Counted from the stretch's first letter, positions 50,430-64,000 are shown. The stretch: 64,000 bases of DNA from the human T2T-CHM13v2.0 reference genome, Homo sapiens (GCF_009914755.1 NC_060942.1); one strand, 5' to 3'. Numbers and translations: made by a program. The notes: generated from the sequence alone by a model not told the origin.

Positions 50430-52079
50430 GTGAGTATTTCAGGTAATACAAGTTAAAGTTGTATGATGTCATATTTAAAACATTTTAAATATTTGATTTT
50501 GTGTCCTTAGATGTTGGTTTCTGAATTACTCATTTAGAAGAAATGGTTACCATAAATATCCAGGTTTTAAAAAATTCTTTAAACATTTTTGCATTTAACT
50601 TCAGAAGACAAATTTTAAAACTTTAGATTATGAAAAATTTAATAATTTGGATATTAATACAGAAAATAATCCTAGTGTAGCCAACTATCAGGACTTAACT
50701 GAGAGTAATATTTTGCCACATTTTACTTCAGATACTATCATCATCATCATCATTTGTAGAAATAAGCTACAGATACAGGTGAAATACTCCATCCCAAATC
50801 TTTTTCTCTTCCTTTTATCCCCAGAGATAACCATTATCATAAATTGTGTCTATATATGTATGCAGCTATACTAATATGTTGTATGGCTTTTTAAAAAAAT
50901 TTTATAGAGATGGTATCATACCTCTAAGTACTGCAGCTGGATCTCACAAGTTTTGCAGTCTTTTTTGTTTTTGATTGAGCGTTTCTGTTTTTTTTTTGTT
51001 TTTCATTTTGATTTCTTTGACCTGTAAGTTTCTAAAAATGTTCTTAATATCCATATATATGGCGTTTTCTAGTTATTTCTTTAAAAATTGCTTGCTACCC
51101 TAATTATATCACCGTTTTCATTCAAGATACCTTGTTAGCTCATATTTCTTAGAAATTTGTTTATGGAAATTTTGGAGGGACTGTACTTAAGGTAGATTTT
51201 CTTTTAAGAAGGGATTTGCTTTGTTTCTCTCCTGCTCCTGGCAGTACTGCTGGCCCCAGAAAAGCCCCTCTCCTTATACCCTAGGCCTCTGTTCCTCCGG
51301 TGTGAAAGGTTCCAGACTAGCAGTTTTCTTTGAGGGACAGTTTACTCTTATAATGAGGTTAAAGCTTTTGGGGACCTTAACTTTGTGTAGCTTACATGGT
51401 CTCTTGTTAGACTCTCTGGGGCTGGCTGGGTCCCTTGCCCCTCTAAGCTTTGAAACTCTGAAGCAAAGTTTGCTTGATGTTCCACTTTCTTTCTTTGGTT
51501 TTCCTTGAGAATTTGGCGTCTGGGTACTTATTTCTTGATTTAAATAGGAATTAGACAGTCAAGGCTTTGTGTGAAGCATTGTTAAGTCTAAATATAGTAG
51601 CCTGTAGATGGGTTTGTTTGAGATAGGTATTCTTTCAGTTAGCAGTAGTTAGATCTTTAGGGATAGATACTAGGCATCTACTTAACAAGTTACTACAGCT
51701 ACTTTGTACCTTACTGTTTCTTCAGTAATACAGCATTTATTTAGTATGTACGTTGACACTGTTCTACTTTATATATTTTCTCATTAATCCTCAAAAACGT
51801 GCTGAATTAGGTTTACAAATAAACAAACAAACTTGGGGAGGCTGGGTAACTTGTCCAAGATTACTAGCTAGTAAGTGATAGAGCCAGAACTCAAATGCAA
51901 ATATGTTTCAATTCAGAGCAATATTCTGTATTGCCTCTTCAGCTGCAGGCTCTTGTTGCATATTATATTTAGCAGTGTGTACTATATATAGGAGTTACTT
52001 AATTGTTGATGCCTTGGTAACTATCTTGTGAGCTGAGACAGACAATAAAATCACTGGCATTAGGGATTTACAGATTTCA

Positions 52080-52244
<165 letters not shown>

Positions 52245-52276
52245 TTAAATATGACTATTGTTAATTTTTTTTCCAG

Positions 52277-52353
52277 GAGGATTTGACAGCTAAGGATATT
52301 GAAGAAATTATTGATGAGCTCAAGGCTGGCAAAATCCCAAAACCAGGGCCAAG
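52277..52353 (+). CDS. NDUFV2: NDUFV2 exon 7 (aa 194-219)
   Basis: ttccAG acceptor; [25 protein letters not shown](R); donor GTATGC; 77 nt. Confidence 0.98.
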
Positions 52354-52891
52354 GTATGCTTTATTTATATATAGGAAGTTTTAGTGGCTCACCTAAATTA
52401 ATCTTTCAGATAAACTTGATTTAAAAAATTTTATACCTTAAGTTCATAGGAATTGGTAGGAGCTTTGGATAGTATTATCTATATGAATCTCATCTAGAGC
52501 AAGAATAATTTTTTTTCTAAAACCCTGTCTGATAATCATCCGATACCTGAATATTTATAGAGAAGGAAATTTTACTACAAATAGAAATCTATTCCATTAT
52601 TTAAAAGTTCATACTGATAGAAGATTGACCCAAAGACCATCTCCCTCTAATTTCTACCTAAAAATCCAATTCTGCCCTTTGAATCAACAAAAGATAATTT
52701 TAGTACCTCTTCCAAATGACAGCTCTTCAATTACTTGAAATAGCTACCCTGTCTTCCCCTTATCTTTTTCTCAGATGGAATATCCACAATTGTTTCATTG
52801 TTTTTCTCATATGACATAGCTTTGGTCTCCCTCTGTGGGTTTTCTAGTTGGCTAGTGACTATTTAATGCTTTAATGTGATGCTTAAACTAA

Positions 52892-53217
<326 letters not shown>

Positions 53218-54400
53218 TAATCATGGTATTTTGAGATACATACTGAGCAGCACAGAGCATTGTGGGACTGCCTCCTTTGTTCCAGACATTATGCTTGTAA
53301 TAATTGTGCCTAATTATATCAACTCCTACTTCAGAGACATTACACAATTAACTGCACTTCATAATACCTAGATCTTTTTCTGTTCACTATTTATCCAGGT
53401 TGCTCCCGTCCCATACCTGTGTTACATTAATTACTTTCCTTTCAGTTATGAACTTGGATTTTCACTTTTAAACAAACCCTTATTCCATGTATGTGTTCAA
53501 TCACTCAAAATTCTCTCTTAATACTAGCAAATGTTCTCATGGTTTTAGTCATAATCCCTCAAATTTTTTGTTTATGTATATAAATTTTTTCTTCCCTCAG
53601 CACATTTGGAGTTTTTGATGTCCATACGGTATTCTAATGTTTTAAAACAGCTGTGATGTGCTCTTACTCCCGTTTTAAAATATTTTTCTTAAGCTTTATT
53701 ATAAATAACAATTCCCTGAAGTAGAATTACTAAGAGGGTATGAGTGGTTCTAGAGTTTGCTCTCTAAAACTACTAATAATACCCTACTTAATGAGAAAAT
53801 GAGGTCAGTTCAGGATAACTTAAGTTTAGTAAATGCTAGCTGGCCCCTGTTGACCATTACTTTCTTTTCTAAGAAACGTATACTGTTCTTAACAACCTGA
53901 GCCTATAGAATTGAATTTGCTTAAAGAGTGTTGGCATTTTCTTCCTAATTCCTCACTTTCTTGGGTATACCCCTTTTTTTAGGAGGTAAATCATTTCCCT
54001 GGTGAAAAATCATTCTCCTTTATGGAGGCAACTGAAGTAAAACCTTTAGTCATCTATCATTACAGTATCTTTCTTAGCTAGTGCTCCTATCCCTTACTTA
54101 TTCTTGCTTTAAATAGACACTGTCCCCCCAAAAAGTACAAATTTCATAATATTTTCCACAAGCTTCATCTGCTTTTTAGGATTCAGGTATTTTAAAATAA
54201 ATTCATGCTATTCTTAGGTTTGTACTTCAGCCCATAACTTCTTTCACCTTTTGGGTACTCTAAAGAATATCTCAAGTGCAGATTTCCTTGTGAAATCCAC
54301 TTGGGTTCTTTAGATGGCCCCTCTCTTCTGATTAGATGTTTTGAATTCTATAGTCATAACTTTGGTGTTGGGCTTCCTCCCCCCCACTCCTCCCCTCACC

Positions 54401-54686
54401 CGAGATGGAGTCTTGCTCTGTCACTTAGGCTATAGTGCAGTGGTGTGATCTCGACTCACTGCAACTTCTGCCTCCCAGGCTCAAGCGATTCTCCTGCCTC
54501 AGTCTCCCGAGCAGCTGGGACTATAAGAACGTGCCACCACCATGCCCAGCTAATTTTTGTATTTTTAGTAGAGACGGGGTTTTACCATGTTGGCCAGGGT
54601 GGTCTCGAACTCCTGACCTCAAGTGATCTGCCTGCCTTGGCCTCCCAAAGTGCTGGGATTACAGGCTTGAGCCACCACGCCCGGCC
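54401..54686 (-). mobile_element. AluS without poly-T
   Basis: TSD ACTTTGG(T/C)GTT. Confidence 0.88.
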
Positions 54687-54839
54687 ACTTTGGCGTTTAG
54701 AATCTTCTGCTTTGCTTCTTGTGAACTGTGGGATCTATGGTTCATATTAATCTAGTATTACTCTCCTGCCACACAAATTGATACCTGCTTTGTCTACTTT
54801 GTTATGTCACATTACATTAAATACTCAACAGTAATTTTT

Positions 54840-55650
54840 TTCACAAATTTTTTTGAGTGCCTGCTGTGTGTCAGGCATTATTTTAGGTTATGAATACAAT
54901 TATGAACAAGATAAAGTTCTCATATATCTTCTAGTGATGGAGACAGATGACTAGTGTAATATGTGAGTGATAAAAAGGCTACACAATAAAATGTAGCAGG
55001 TGTTAGGGGATAGATAGGGAGTAAATTTAGTGAGGAGAGGCCGCTTAGAGGTGGTAACATTTGAGCCATGACCTGAATGAAGAGCTAGAGGGAACCATGT
55101 AAAGAGCTGAAGGAACAATGTTCCAGGGAGGGGAAAGAGGATGTATCAGGGTCCTGGAAGAAAAGTAAGGTAACAGTATGGCTGCAGTGAGGTGCTCAAG
55201 CAAGAAAGCAGTGGAAGGGGTCAGAGGAGATAAGGGCCCAGATAAGTAATCTGGGCTGAATCTTAAATATAATAAAAACTGTTGGAATGTTTTCAGTAGG
55301 GAATGAAATGAGCAATCTTAAAATACTGCCATAGTTGCTATGTGGAGATTAGAATTTAGTAGATATGTGGGACTAAGGATTTATGAGTGATTTTCAGCTT
55401 TTTGGCTTGAGCATCTCTGAGGTTCCTTTACCGAAAATAGAGAAGATTTGTGGTAGGGCAAGTTTGGGGAAGAAAAGTCAAATTTTGTTTTAGACATAGT
55501 AAGTTTGAGATGCCTGTTAAGACATCCATGGTATGATGCTGATAGGTAGATACGAACCTGGAATATAGGGAATAGGTTAGGGCTGGAAACACAAATTGGG
55601 GATTCATCAGTTACTAAGGGTAGTATTTAAAGTTATAAATCTGGATGACA
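54840..55650 (-). mobile_element. L2 fragment
   Basis: tttttgagtgcctgctgtgtgtcaggcatt (reverse L2 3' end) followed by degenerate L2 body. Confidence 0.6.
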
Positions 55651-56382
55651 TTATCGGGGTGAAATTAAAATCTGTTATTTGTAATATGAGGTACTATAAC
55701 ATTGTATTTTAACAATAAGCAGGAACTAAGTACTCAGTTAAGCATTTTCAACAACATCTGATAATAATAGGGATGTTACTTATCAGTAATCATGAATAGT
55801 TTTTCGCTGAGATTTTCTTGACAGTGTTCTGGATTTGAGCCAAATACTTCAAAATTATTCGTGTCCGAATCTCTTTTTTTACTTACTACCTCTTATTTAA
55901 AAAGCAGACAAAAGTCTACTTAGGTTTCAATAATTGCAAGCATCCACCAATGCTGTATTATATAAAGCTTGTATTTGGACATAGCAATACTAGAATGTCT
56001 TGTCAGCATATGAAAACAAGAACTTTTCACTTTACTTACCCAATATCTTGGATATATAGGATAATGACAGAGACTGGGATAGCAATAACCATAATATAGT
56101 TATAGTTATTCTAAATTAACCAAAGCTGTCTAATTCTTTTTTATTGGTATTTTAATAATAAATATCTCTGCTCTTTGAAAGAGGTACTAATTGTGCGTCT
56201 CTGTAATGAAAAACCGAGAGGAATTAAACTGGTTCAATAGTAACTGATTCCTGAGTACCACTGCCAGGTCTTACCCTGGCCAAAATTAGTAAAAGACTGA
56301 TGTCTATATGTGGTTCAAAACTGCTTTTGTATTATCGTTGGTGAATGACCACTGAAAATATTAAAGCAGTGGTAAGATAATA

Positions 56383-56784
56383 CAGTTGACTCTTGAACAC
56401 CATGGGCGTTAGGGACATTGATTACTCATGCAGTTGAAGATCTGTGTGTAACTTTTGACTCCTCCAAAACTTTACTCATAGCCTGCAGTTGTCTGAAGGC
56501 CTTAACAAATAACATAGTCAGCACATATTTTGCATGTTGTCTGTATTATATACTGACTGTATTCTTACCATAATCTAGAGAAAAGAAAATGTTATTAAAA
56601 TCATAATGAAAATATATTTACTCTTCATTAAGTGGATCATAGTACAAGTCTTATCATTTTCATGTTGTATAGGCTGAGGAAGAGGAGGGGTTGGCCTTGC
56701 TGTCTCAGAGGTGGCAGAGGCTGAAGAAAATCCATGTACAAGTGAACCCATGCAGTTCAAACCTGTGTTGTTCAGGGTCAGCTG
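56383..56784. mobile_element. Tigger2a/MER28-like DNA transposon
   Basis: TA TSDs; TIRs CAGTTGACTCTTGAACA...TGTTCAGGGTCAGCTG. Confidence 0.85.
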
Positions 56785-58040
56785 TAGTCTCTTAATCTTG
56801 ACATTACTAAATATTTTTGTGCTGAGATTGTTCTTATTTTCAGTGAATTTAAAGTACTGAAAAATTCTAAACTTGTTTTCAGGTTACTAATAGGTAGAAA
56901 TTTTTTAGTATGGATTAGTTTATAACTCATTTTAAATCCAACTTTAATTCTTCATATTTAGAGCTAGGCTACAGTTCCAATGCGGTTGGTAGATGACTCT
57001 AGACAATAACATCACTTTTGGTTTTTTATACTAAAAGTAGGGACAGTGCTGGATATATCTCAGCAATAGTAAAAAGCACTAAACTTTTATAAAGTAATTT
57101 GTCTATGTAAAGTACTTTAAGCCATGAAAGTTTACAGAAAGGCCAAGTTTTCTAGAAAGCAAATAAGTTAAAATGGTACACATACGTATAGTGTTGGAAT
57201 GACTGACGAACCATACTTTTTAAATTTTAGTGAAGATGTAATTATTAGATGGCATTTTAAGCATGAGATATCAGGAAAATCATTTTTTGTTTAGTAAGTG
57301 AAAAACACTAGTGTAAATTGTGGCTGTCAGGTGAGTGGATAGGGCTAGCTCACTGCCTCTTGAGTGTTCTGAGGCATGTTTACAGATGAAAGGGGGGGTT
57401 ACATTTTTAGTAGATTAAACAAAATTATAGGCTTTATTGGAGGATTTTTGTAGCCTTTGTAGTATTTTAAGGTACACTGTGTGAATGGCGAGGAAGGGAG
57501 GTTTACAGCCAGACATACTGGATCACTGGGACTCCCGTTTTTCTATACAATGCCATGGGATTGTAATTTTATGGAACAAACTTTAGGAAACTCTAGACCA
57601 GATTATTTTTAAAATTACTTCCATATATAAAATTCTATAATCCTGTGAAGAACTCAGGAAGTACTTACGATTAATTCTCCCATTTATTGTTCCGGAAACT
57701 TCAGTTTTTATAATCTTCCTAAATTGATCCTTTATGTTGATAAACAGTGTCGATATTAAGGAGCTCATTAATTTTGGAAGATCCATATCTATCCAAACTG
57801 GTAAGAGGCTTTAAGATACCAAATGCTCAGCTTTCAGGAGACGTCTAAAATGAAACTTTTAAATCATATTCCATTCTGATATTTGATCAAGAGAAAAGTT
57901 TTAGGCAGAAAAGAAGAGGTAGCTGAGCTTAAACCGTAAGAAGAAACCTAGTAAAGGTGAAGAAAGTTTCTCCAAAATAATTTCATTGACATTTAAAGAG
58001 CAGCAGTGGTGCCTATCAATAGGCAACATAAAAAATTACA

Positions 58041-58340
58041 GGCCGGGCACAGTGGCTCACCTGTAATCCCAGCACTTTGGGAGGTTGAGGCGGACAGATT
58101 GTTTGAGCCCACAAATTCAAGACCAGCCAGGGCAACATGGTGAGGTCTTGTCTCTACGAAAAATACAAAAATTAGCCAGGCATGGTGACGCACACCTGTA
58201 GTCCCAGCTACGTGGGAGGCTGAGGTGACAGAAGCACCTGAGCCTGGGAGGTTAAGACTGCAGTGAGCCATTATTGCATCACTGCATCCCAGCCTGGGTG
58301 ACAAAGTGGGACCCTGTCTCAAAAATAATAAATAAATTTA
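58041..58340 (+). mobile_element. AluJ
   Basis: Alu consensus. Confidence 0.9.
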
Positions 58341-59608
58341 AAAATTGCAAAATATAATACTGTTGTCTTTTTTTTAAAGTTAAGTATCATTTTGCTGCTT
58401 ACTCTACAAGTTTCAGGCTCTTACAGTATACAATGACTGCTTTTTTATCTGTTTTTGTAGTGAACAAGACCTATAATCCAAAGATATTAACTAAGTTCTG
58501 ACTTTGTAGATAATTGTTCATTACTTAGTAACTTGTATTATATGCTGTGACATCTTGAAAGATCTTATATTATGTGGTGTCACTTTCCTGGCTCCAATAA
58601 AAAATGATTCCCTAGGGCTCTAAAGAACAGACTTAAAGGATTGATGACACAATGTGAAGGGCAAAGCCAGAGGGGGTTGAAAAGATATAAACTGAACAAG
58701 TTCTTTCTTTAGGTAAATCTGTGGCAGGAACAGGTAAATTAGCAAAGCCAGGGAATAGTGGTGGAGGGGTGACATACAGTAAGTCTGAGCTGGGCTCTAG
58801 AAACAGAGGTCAGACAGGGCAGAGGTGAGCAATTACCTGGGAAAGCGTGTGTGGGGTTGACAGACAGGTTCTTCTCCCTCTATGCTGCCTGTCTTCATAA
58901 ATTGCTCCATCAGGACTTGTTCTTGTTTGCTTCCTTTTGTGGCTGCTATGGCCATCCTGGTTTGGAAACTTTTTTCAGAAAATTACTACTACTAATATAG
59001 TCTTTATAATACATAAATACAAACTGATTTTGACTTCGCTGCTTCTAAGGGACATTGTCCCAAATCATATTTCCTCAAGGAATCCAGTTTCTATTTCCAA
59101 ATACAATGTATAAGTGTGTGTATTCCCTCTATTCACTGTGACTGTGGATCTTGATCTAAATAAAATTCAACTCTAAAAAGAAATACAGTGCTCTAGTTTA
59201 TTAAAACATGGTTTTTAAAAATGTTCTCTGGGGTTGGGTATTTTTGCCGTAGTTCTTTGCTTTGATTCTTGGGTAGATGCTGAATCTCCCAAATTTGGTT
59301 TCTCTAACTGTAAAATAAAGCCAGTATCACTTGTCTTGTGGCATCGTAAGGATTCAATGAGCTAGTGTATGCATACTGCTCAGTAAATAGGAACTATTAT
59401 TAGGGCTACTTTTGTATTTTTTATGTTTATGGTGAAGTCTGATGTTTTTCCATATTTAAATTTAGGAAGAGAAAATCTTGCATCAGTTGAAATGTTTGAA
59501 TTAAATAATCTATGCTAGTTCTTAGGGTAAAAATAGTTACTTAACTGGGCTCTTGTGAGGTAACCATTACAATTTAAGTAAAAATTTACAAATGTTAATC
59601 ATTAATAG

Positions 59609-59725
<117 letters not shown>

Positions 59726-59757
59726 TTTATATTGAACTGTAAATATGTCACTAGAGA

Positions 59758-59763
59758 AATAAA
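59758..59763 (+). terminator. NDUFV2: NDUFV2 poly(A) signal AATAAA (short 3' UTR, cleavage ~59785)
   Basis: AATAAA 32 nt after the stop, followed by a U/GU-rich tract (ttatttgtttattctgctctgtgt). Confidence 0.85.
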
Positions 59764-60200
59764 ATATGGACTTCCAATCTACGTAAACTTATTTGTTTAT
59801 TCTGCTCTGTGTACATCCTCATGCTAACCGTAGCAACTTGCAGCTCTAAGTATTATGTCATAATGACAGAGGACCATTTTAAAGTCTTCTATCTATGGCT
59901 GTGAAGACATCATTATATAATCTAGTTAACAGTTACTCTAGTGTCACCCATTTTCAATTTCCAGATCGCTTTTATCAAGATCAGGTTACTGTGAAGTAAA
60001 AATTTGGTTAAATTACAAATGTTTTGCTTTCCCATCTTTAGCCACAGCCAAGTTTTAAGTTAACATGATCTTTCTATAAACTTTGTCAGTGCTCCCTTTA
60101 AACATTATTTAAAACACATAATTGTTACTGTATTTCCAACTGGTAAGACCTCAAGCACACTGTAGGTTTAAGGAGGATATGGTAGTTGTCTCTAGAAGCC

Positions 60201-60316
60201 TTTTTTTTTTTTTTTTTTTTTTTTTGAGACGGAGTCTCGCTGTCTCCCAAGCTGGAGTGCAGTGGTGGGATCTCGGCTCACTGCAAGCATTACAGGCGTG
60301 AGCCACCACGCCCGGC
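60201..60316 (-). mobile_element. Alu with most of its interior deleted
   Basis: ...CTCACTGCAAGC joined directly to ATTACAGGCGTGAGCCACC. Confidence 0.85.
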
Positions 60317-60622
60317 TTAAGCATTACCATTTTTAAAAAAGAAAGGTCCAAAACACTTGACATTATCCTTAGCTATTCTGACACTGCAAGTATACAAAAA
60401 ATAATTGGGTGAAGGGATTGGAAGTATGATTATGTACTCTGCAGTGGTATGGATATTACAACTTAGAAAAAAGGATAAACCCTTTTGTGTATTTAAGAAA
60501 TTAGCTGTAGTACATTAGTTTTGCATTAGCCAGCTTTAATGCATGAATAATTTATATTAATCTAATCCTCGATTTCTCAAAGTCACCTGTACTTGAAACA
60601 GACTATTCACTAGTAATTATGC

Positions 60623-60881
60623 TTTTTTTTTTTGAGACAGGCTGTGTCCCCAGGCTGGAGTGCAGTGGTGTGATCTTGGTTCACTGCAATACCCTGGCCT
60701 CAGCCTCCTGAGCAGCTGGGAGCACAGGCAGGCGCCACCAGCCTGGTTAATTTTCATATATTTTTTTAGAGACAGGGTCTTACTATGTTGCCTGGCTGGT
60801 CTCAAACTCCTGGGCTCAAGCCATCTGCCCGCCTGAGCCTCCCAAATTGCTGGGATTACAGGCGTGAGCCACTGCGCTCGG
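60623..60881 (-). mobile_element. Alu with small deletions
   Basis: Alu consensus. Confidence 0.85.
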
Positions 60882-61379
60882 CTATAACGATTATTTTTAA
60901 GTATGTCTTTAAGATTTTTTTTTTTAATTGAGAGAAGGTAAACAACAGTTAATTTTCCAAGTGGCACAAAAAAGTAACAATGAAAATGTCCTACCCTGGA
61001 GCTCTCCTGACTTTCTCATAGGCGACTGTTTTTTTCTTTGTATTTCACATCATAAATAACCAAGTTAAATGTAACACTATTCCACCTCTAGCCATAAGGT
61101 GCTCTTTTTCTAGTCTTGTTGACCCTAAAGATTTGTAGGTGGGAGAAATCAGGAACCCAGGAAAGGAAAAACTCCTGATCTTTAATGCAGGTTTATGCTT
61201 TACATAGTAATTTGATGGGACCTCGCCGTCCCTGTCAGGTCTGAATGTCACTTCATCTGCTGTGATCACACCTGAACCCTCAGTTCATCAAGACGTTAAA
61301 GGACAGTGTAACATAAACTTGTAACTGCATGCACTAAATCATAAACAGACGCTGTTGTTGCAGATTAACCTCTACGTAA

Positions 61380-63070
61380 ATAACGCGCCCAGAAGGGAGT
61401 GAGTACACGCTGCTGCCACGCTGCGACGGTCAATTTTCCTCCGGCACCCTTCCTAGTACCTGAGCAGCTCCCTCTCAAATCCCCAACACTACGTGTGGGA
61501 GGGTGCACTGAATTCCTCTTTAAAAAGGCCACTGGAAGGCGTGGCTGGGAGGGGACGCGCTCTAGACCCCCTGGTGCCAGGGCAGGTGCACGCTACCGCG
61601 CTTTCGGGGCGGGGCCCAGGGCCCCACCTGAGGCGGGGGGCCGCGGGCTCTGGGCGTAGGTGCAGCTTCTCCGGCCTGGTGCTGGGCCAGACGGCCGCCG
61701 CCGGCTTAGCGGGGGAACTTCGCCTAGTCCTCGGGCTGCGGTCGCAGCGTCATTTTGCCTGAGTTGGATCACGCTCGTCCACCCACCCCGTGTAAAAATA
61801 ACAGGTGAATACCCTATGTGGGGGTCCTCATCGCCGCCATTTCCAGAAGCTTCCAGTCACAGCCACTGCCACGGTCGCCACAAATGCTACTGCAGAGCCC
61901 GCTTGCCCAGCAGCGTCACCGGCGCCTGCCCTGCCTCTTCGCCCAGCCTTTGATTCCCCCTCCTTTGTCGGATAGTGTCTGCGGCGGGGAGGCGGTGACA
62001 CTAGTCCGAGTGGGGCGTGGAGACCGACCAGCACGAAGGGCGGAGTTCCGGCCCGCACCCCTCCGCCGCCTGCCGCTTGGTACGTCCCGCTTCCCCGCCC
62101 TGCGGCTCGCGGAGCCTGGCTGAGCAGCAGGAGGGGCGGGCGCCGGGGGGCGGGGCGGTCACGCCGCCCGTCCCGTGCCCGCGGTAGTCACGTGTCCGCG
62201 GGTGTCACGTGCTCGCGTCGCAGCCAATCGCGGGGCGACGCTGTCCTGGGAGCGAGGAGGCTGTGGTGAGAGACGGACCGAGACCGGAGATGTTTTCAAG
62301 CCCGGCTCCGGCGGCTTTACAGGCGGCTGCAGCGGCGACGAAGACAACGACAGCGACGGCTACGCCGAAGCACTCGTTCCGGGGGTGAAGCCTCCTGCGC
62401 CGGCCTTGCCTCGGGTCCGTACGGGTGAGGGGGGCGTGGCGACAGGAAAGGAGGAAGGAGGGGCGCGGTTTCGAGCTTGTCCCCGGCGCCAGGGAGGAGA
62501 TCCCCTCAGTTCTGCGCTGCTCCCGTTCCCCCTCCCCAGAGCAAGGTAGGGGACGCGCCCTGCCCGCCCCCCCCGGTCCCGACGCGCCGCCCGCCCAGCC
62601 TGGCCCGAGCCGTAGCTCGCCTGACAGTGACAGGCCGTTAGTGCCCCCCGGCGCGGGTCCGCCGGGGCCCCGCCCGCCGCCGCCCCTCCCGGCGTCGCGA
62701 GGAGCCGCGGCGCAGGTGGGAGCCGCCAACTGGGCGGGGGCGCTGCGCGGGGCGGGGCGGGGGCCGGGCGGAGGGCCGCGAGCTGGCCTCGTCGCGGGCG
62801 CCCCTCACCGCGGCTGGCGGGGCTGGGCTGCCGCCGCCTCCCGGAACATGGCGGGGCCGGAGGAGCGTGTGCGTGCGAGTGTGAGTGTGCGCGGCCGAGA
62901 GGGCGCCGCTGGCGTGCGGCGGTCGGACCCGCGGGGGCGGGGGCGCGCCCGGCCCGCCGCGCGTTCCCGCCGCCAGCCGCCGAGCGTGCGCCGACGCCGG
63001 GGAGTCTGCCGCGGCCGCTCGGGCCGGGAGCTTCGGAGGTACCCGGGTCCTGGGAGAGGTGGATGAAAGC
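61380..63070. promoter_or_regulatory. Large CpG island, probably a bidirectional promoter (ANKRD12 / NDUFV2-AS1)
   Basis: Very high CpG; GC boxes at 62132-62158; two GTCACGTG E-boxes (62187, 62204); CCAAT at 62224; YY1-type motifs at 61833 and 62845. Confidence 0.9.
62240..62424 (+). other. ANKRD12: Non-coding first exon (5' UTR) of ANKRD12; start approximate
   Basis: Downstream of CCAAT/E-boxes and ends at donor CGG|GTGAGG (62425). Gene identity comes from recalled NDUFV2-ANKRD12 synteny; no ANKRD12 coding sequence is in the window. Confidence 0.7.
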
Positions 63071-63666
63071 AAGAAGGGGAAATTGCTGCTTTAGTAGTGT
63101 CCGGGGAAAGAGCAGCCACTCTACAGTTCTGTCTTAAATGCCAGTGTAAAATAACCTTGCCGCATTGGACAGGCAGTTCCCGTCATCGTTTTTCAAGTAC
63201 CCACTTGTGATGCTTCAAGACCCCTGGAGCACGTCAGGTTCTTAGATCTCGTTTTGAGGAGTGATGTGGAGTGACGCATCCTTACAGATCCCAAAGCGTT
63301 GAATAAACGGTTGTACAAAGAGGTATGCGAAGCTTAGCTGACAGCTGTTTTAGTAATAACAGTAAGACGCTGTCTGGGATAGGAAGTTACTGTTGCACTC
63401 GTTGAAACCTTAGGAAACATTTAAAGCAGTGTAGTCACCGGGATTGTAATTTCCACTGGACACCCGTGGTTAAACTGCGAACTAAGGTGAAGTGTGTTGC
63501 AGATCCAGTGCTGTGTATGTAATGGTTCGGAATTACCTCTAATCCTAAAGTTGAAATGAGCCTGCATCTGCAGTCATGTATTTCGTTTTCATTTTAGAAT
63601 GGTTTATGTAAATTATAAAGAAAGGCTAGTGAAATAGCTATTTTATCGTAAATTAACTGTGTATTA

Positions 63667-64000
<334 letters not shown>

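Noticed and set aside
62224-62242. CCAAT followed by GC-rich spacer and CGACG, resembling an ER-stress element
   Set aside because: ERSE requires CCAAT-N9-CCACG; both spacing and core differ.
61399-63119. Multiple long ORFs on both strands in the second CpG island
   Set aside because: GC-content artefacts, many using non-ATG starts.

Overview
Human (primate) genomic DNA, most consistent with chr18p11.22. The window holds the complete 8-exon NDUFV2 gene (complex I 24-kDa [2Fe-2S] N1a subunit, + strand, CDS 28182..59725, 750 nt/249 aa reconstructed by hand with GT-AG introns; Ala29 allele). Its CpG-island promoter is at ~27.85-28.4 kb. About 2.4 kb past its poly(A) signal lies a second CpG island carrying the non-coding first exon of what I recall as ANKRD12 and probably the divergent NDUFV2-AS1 lncRNA. 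The rest is repeat-rich: about 40 Alus, L1/L2/MIR fragments, several LTRs and two Tigger MITEs. I find no evidence for a wholly new biological system. The best leads are: (1) an old BNIP3 processed pseudogene split into three by an LTR and an Alu (13.5-15.3 kb); (2) a sense HERV-E/LTR2-type solo LTR in NDUFV2 intron 1 followed 25 bp later by a perfect splice donor, which could give an isoform lacking the targeting peptide; (3) a ~240-bp inverted duplication with templated inserts in intron 1; (4) a 32-codon uORF in the ANKRD12 leader; (5) an L1 3' transduction; (6) two LTRs integrated 6 bp apart in one MIR. Repeat subfamily names and non-exon boundaries come from recognition and are approximate.
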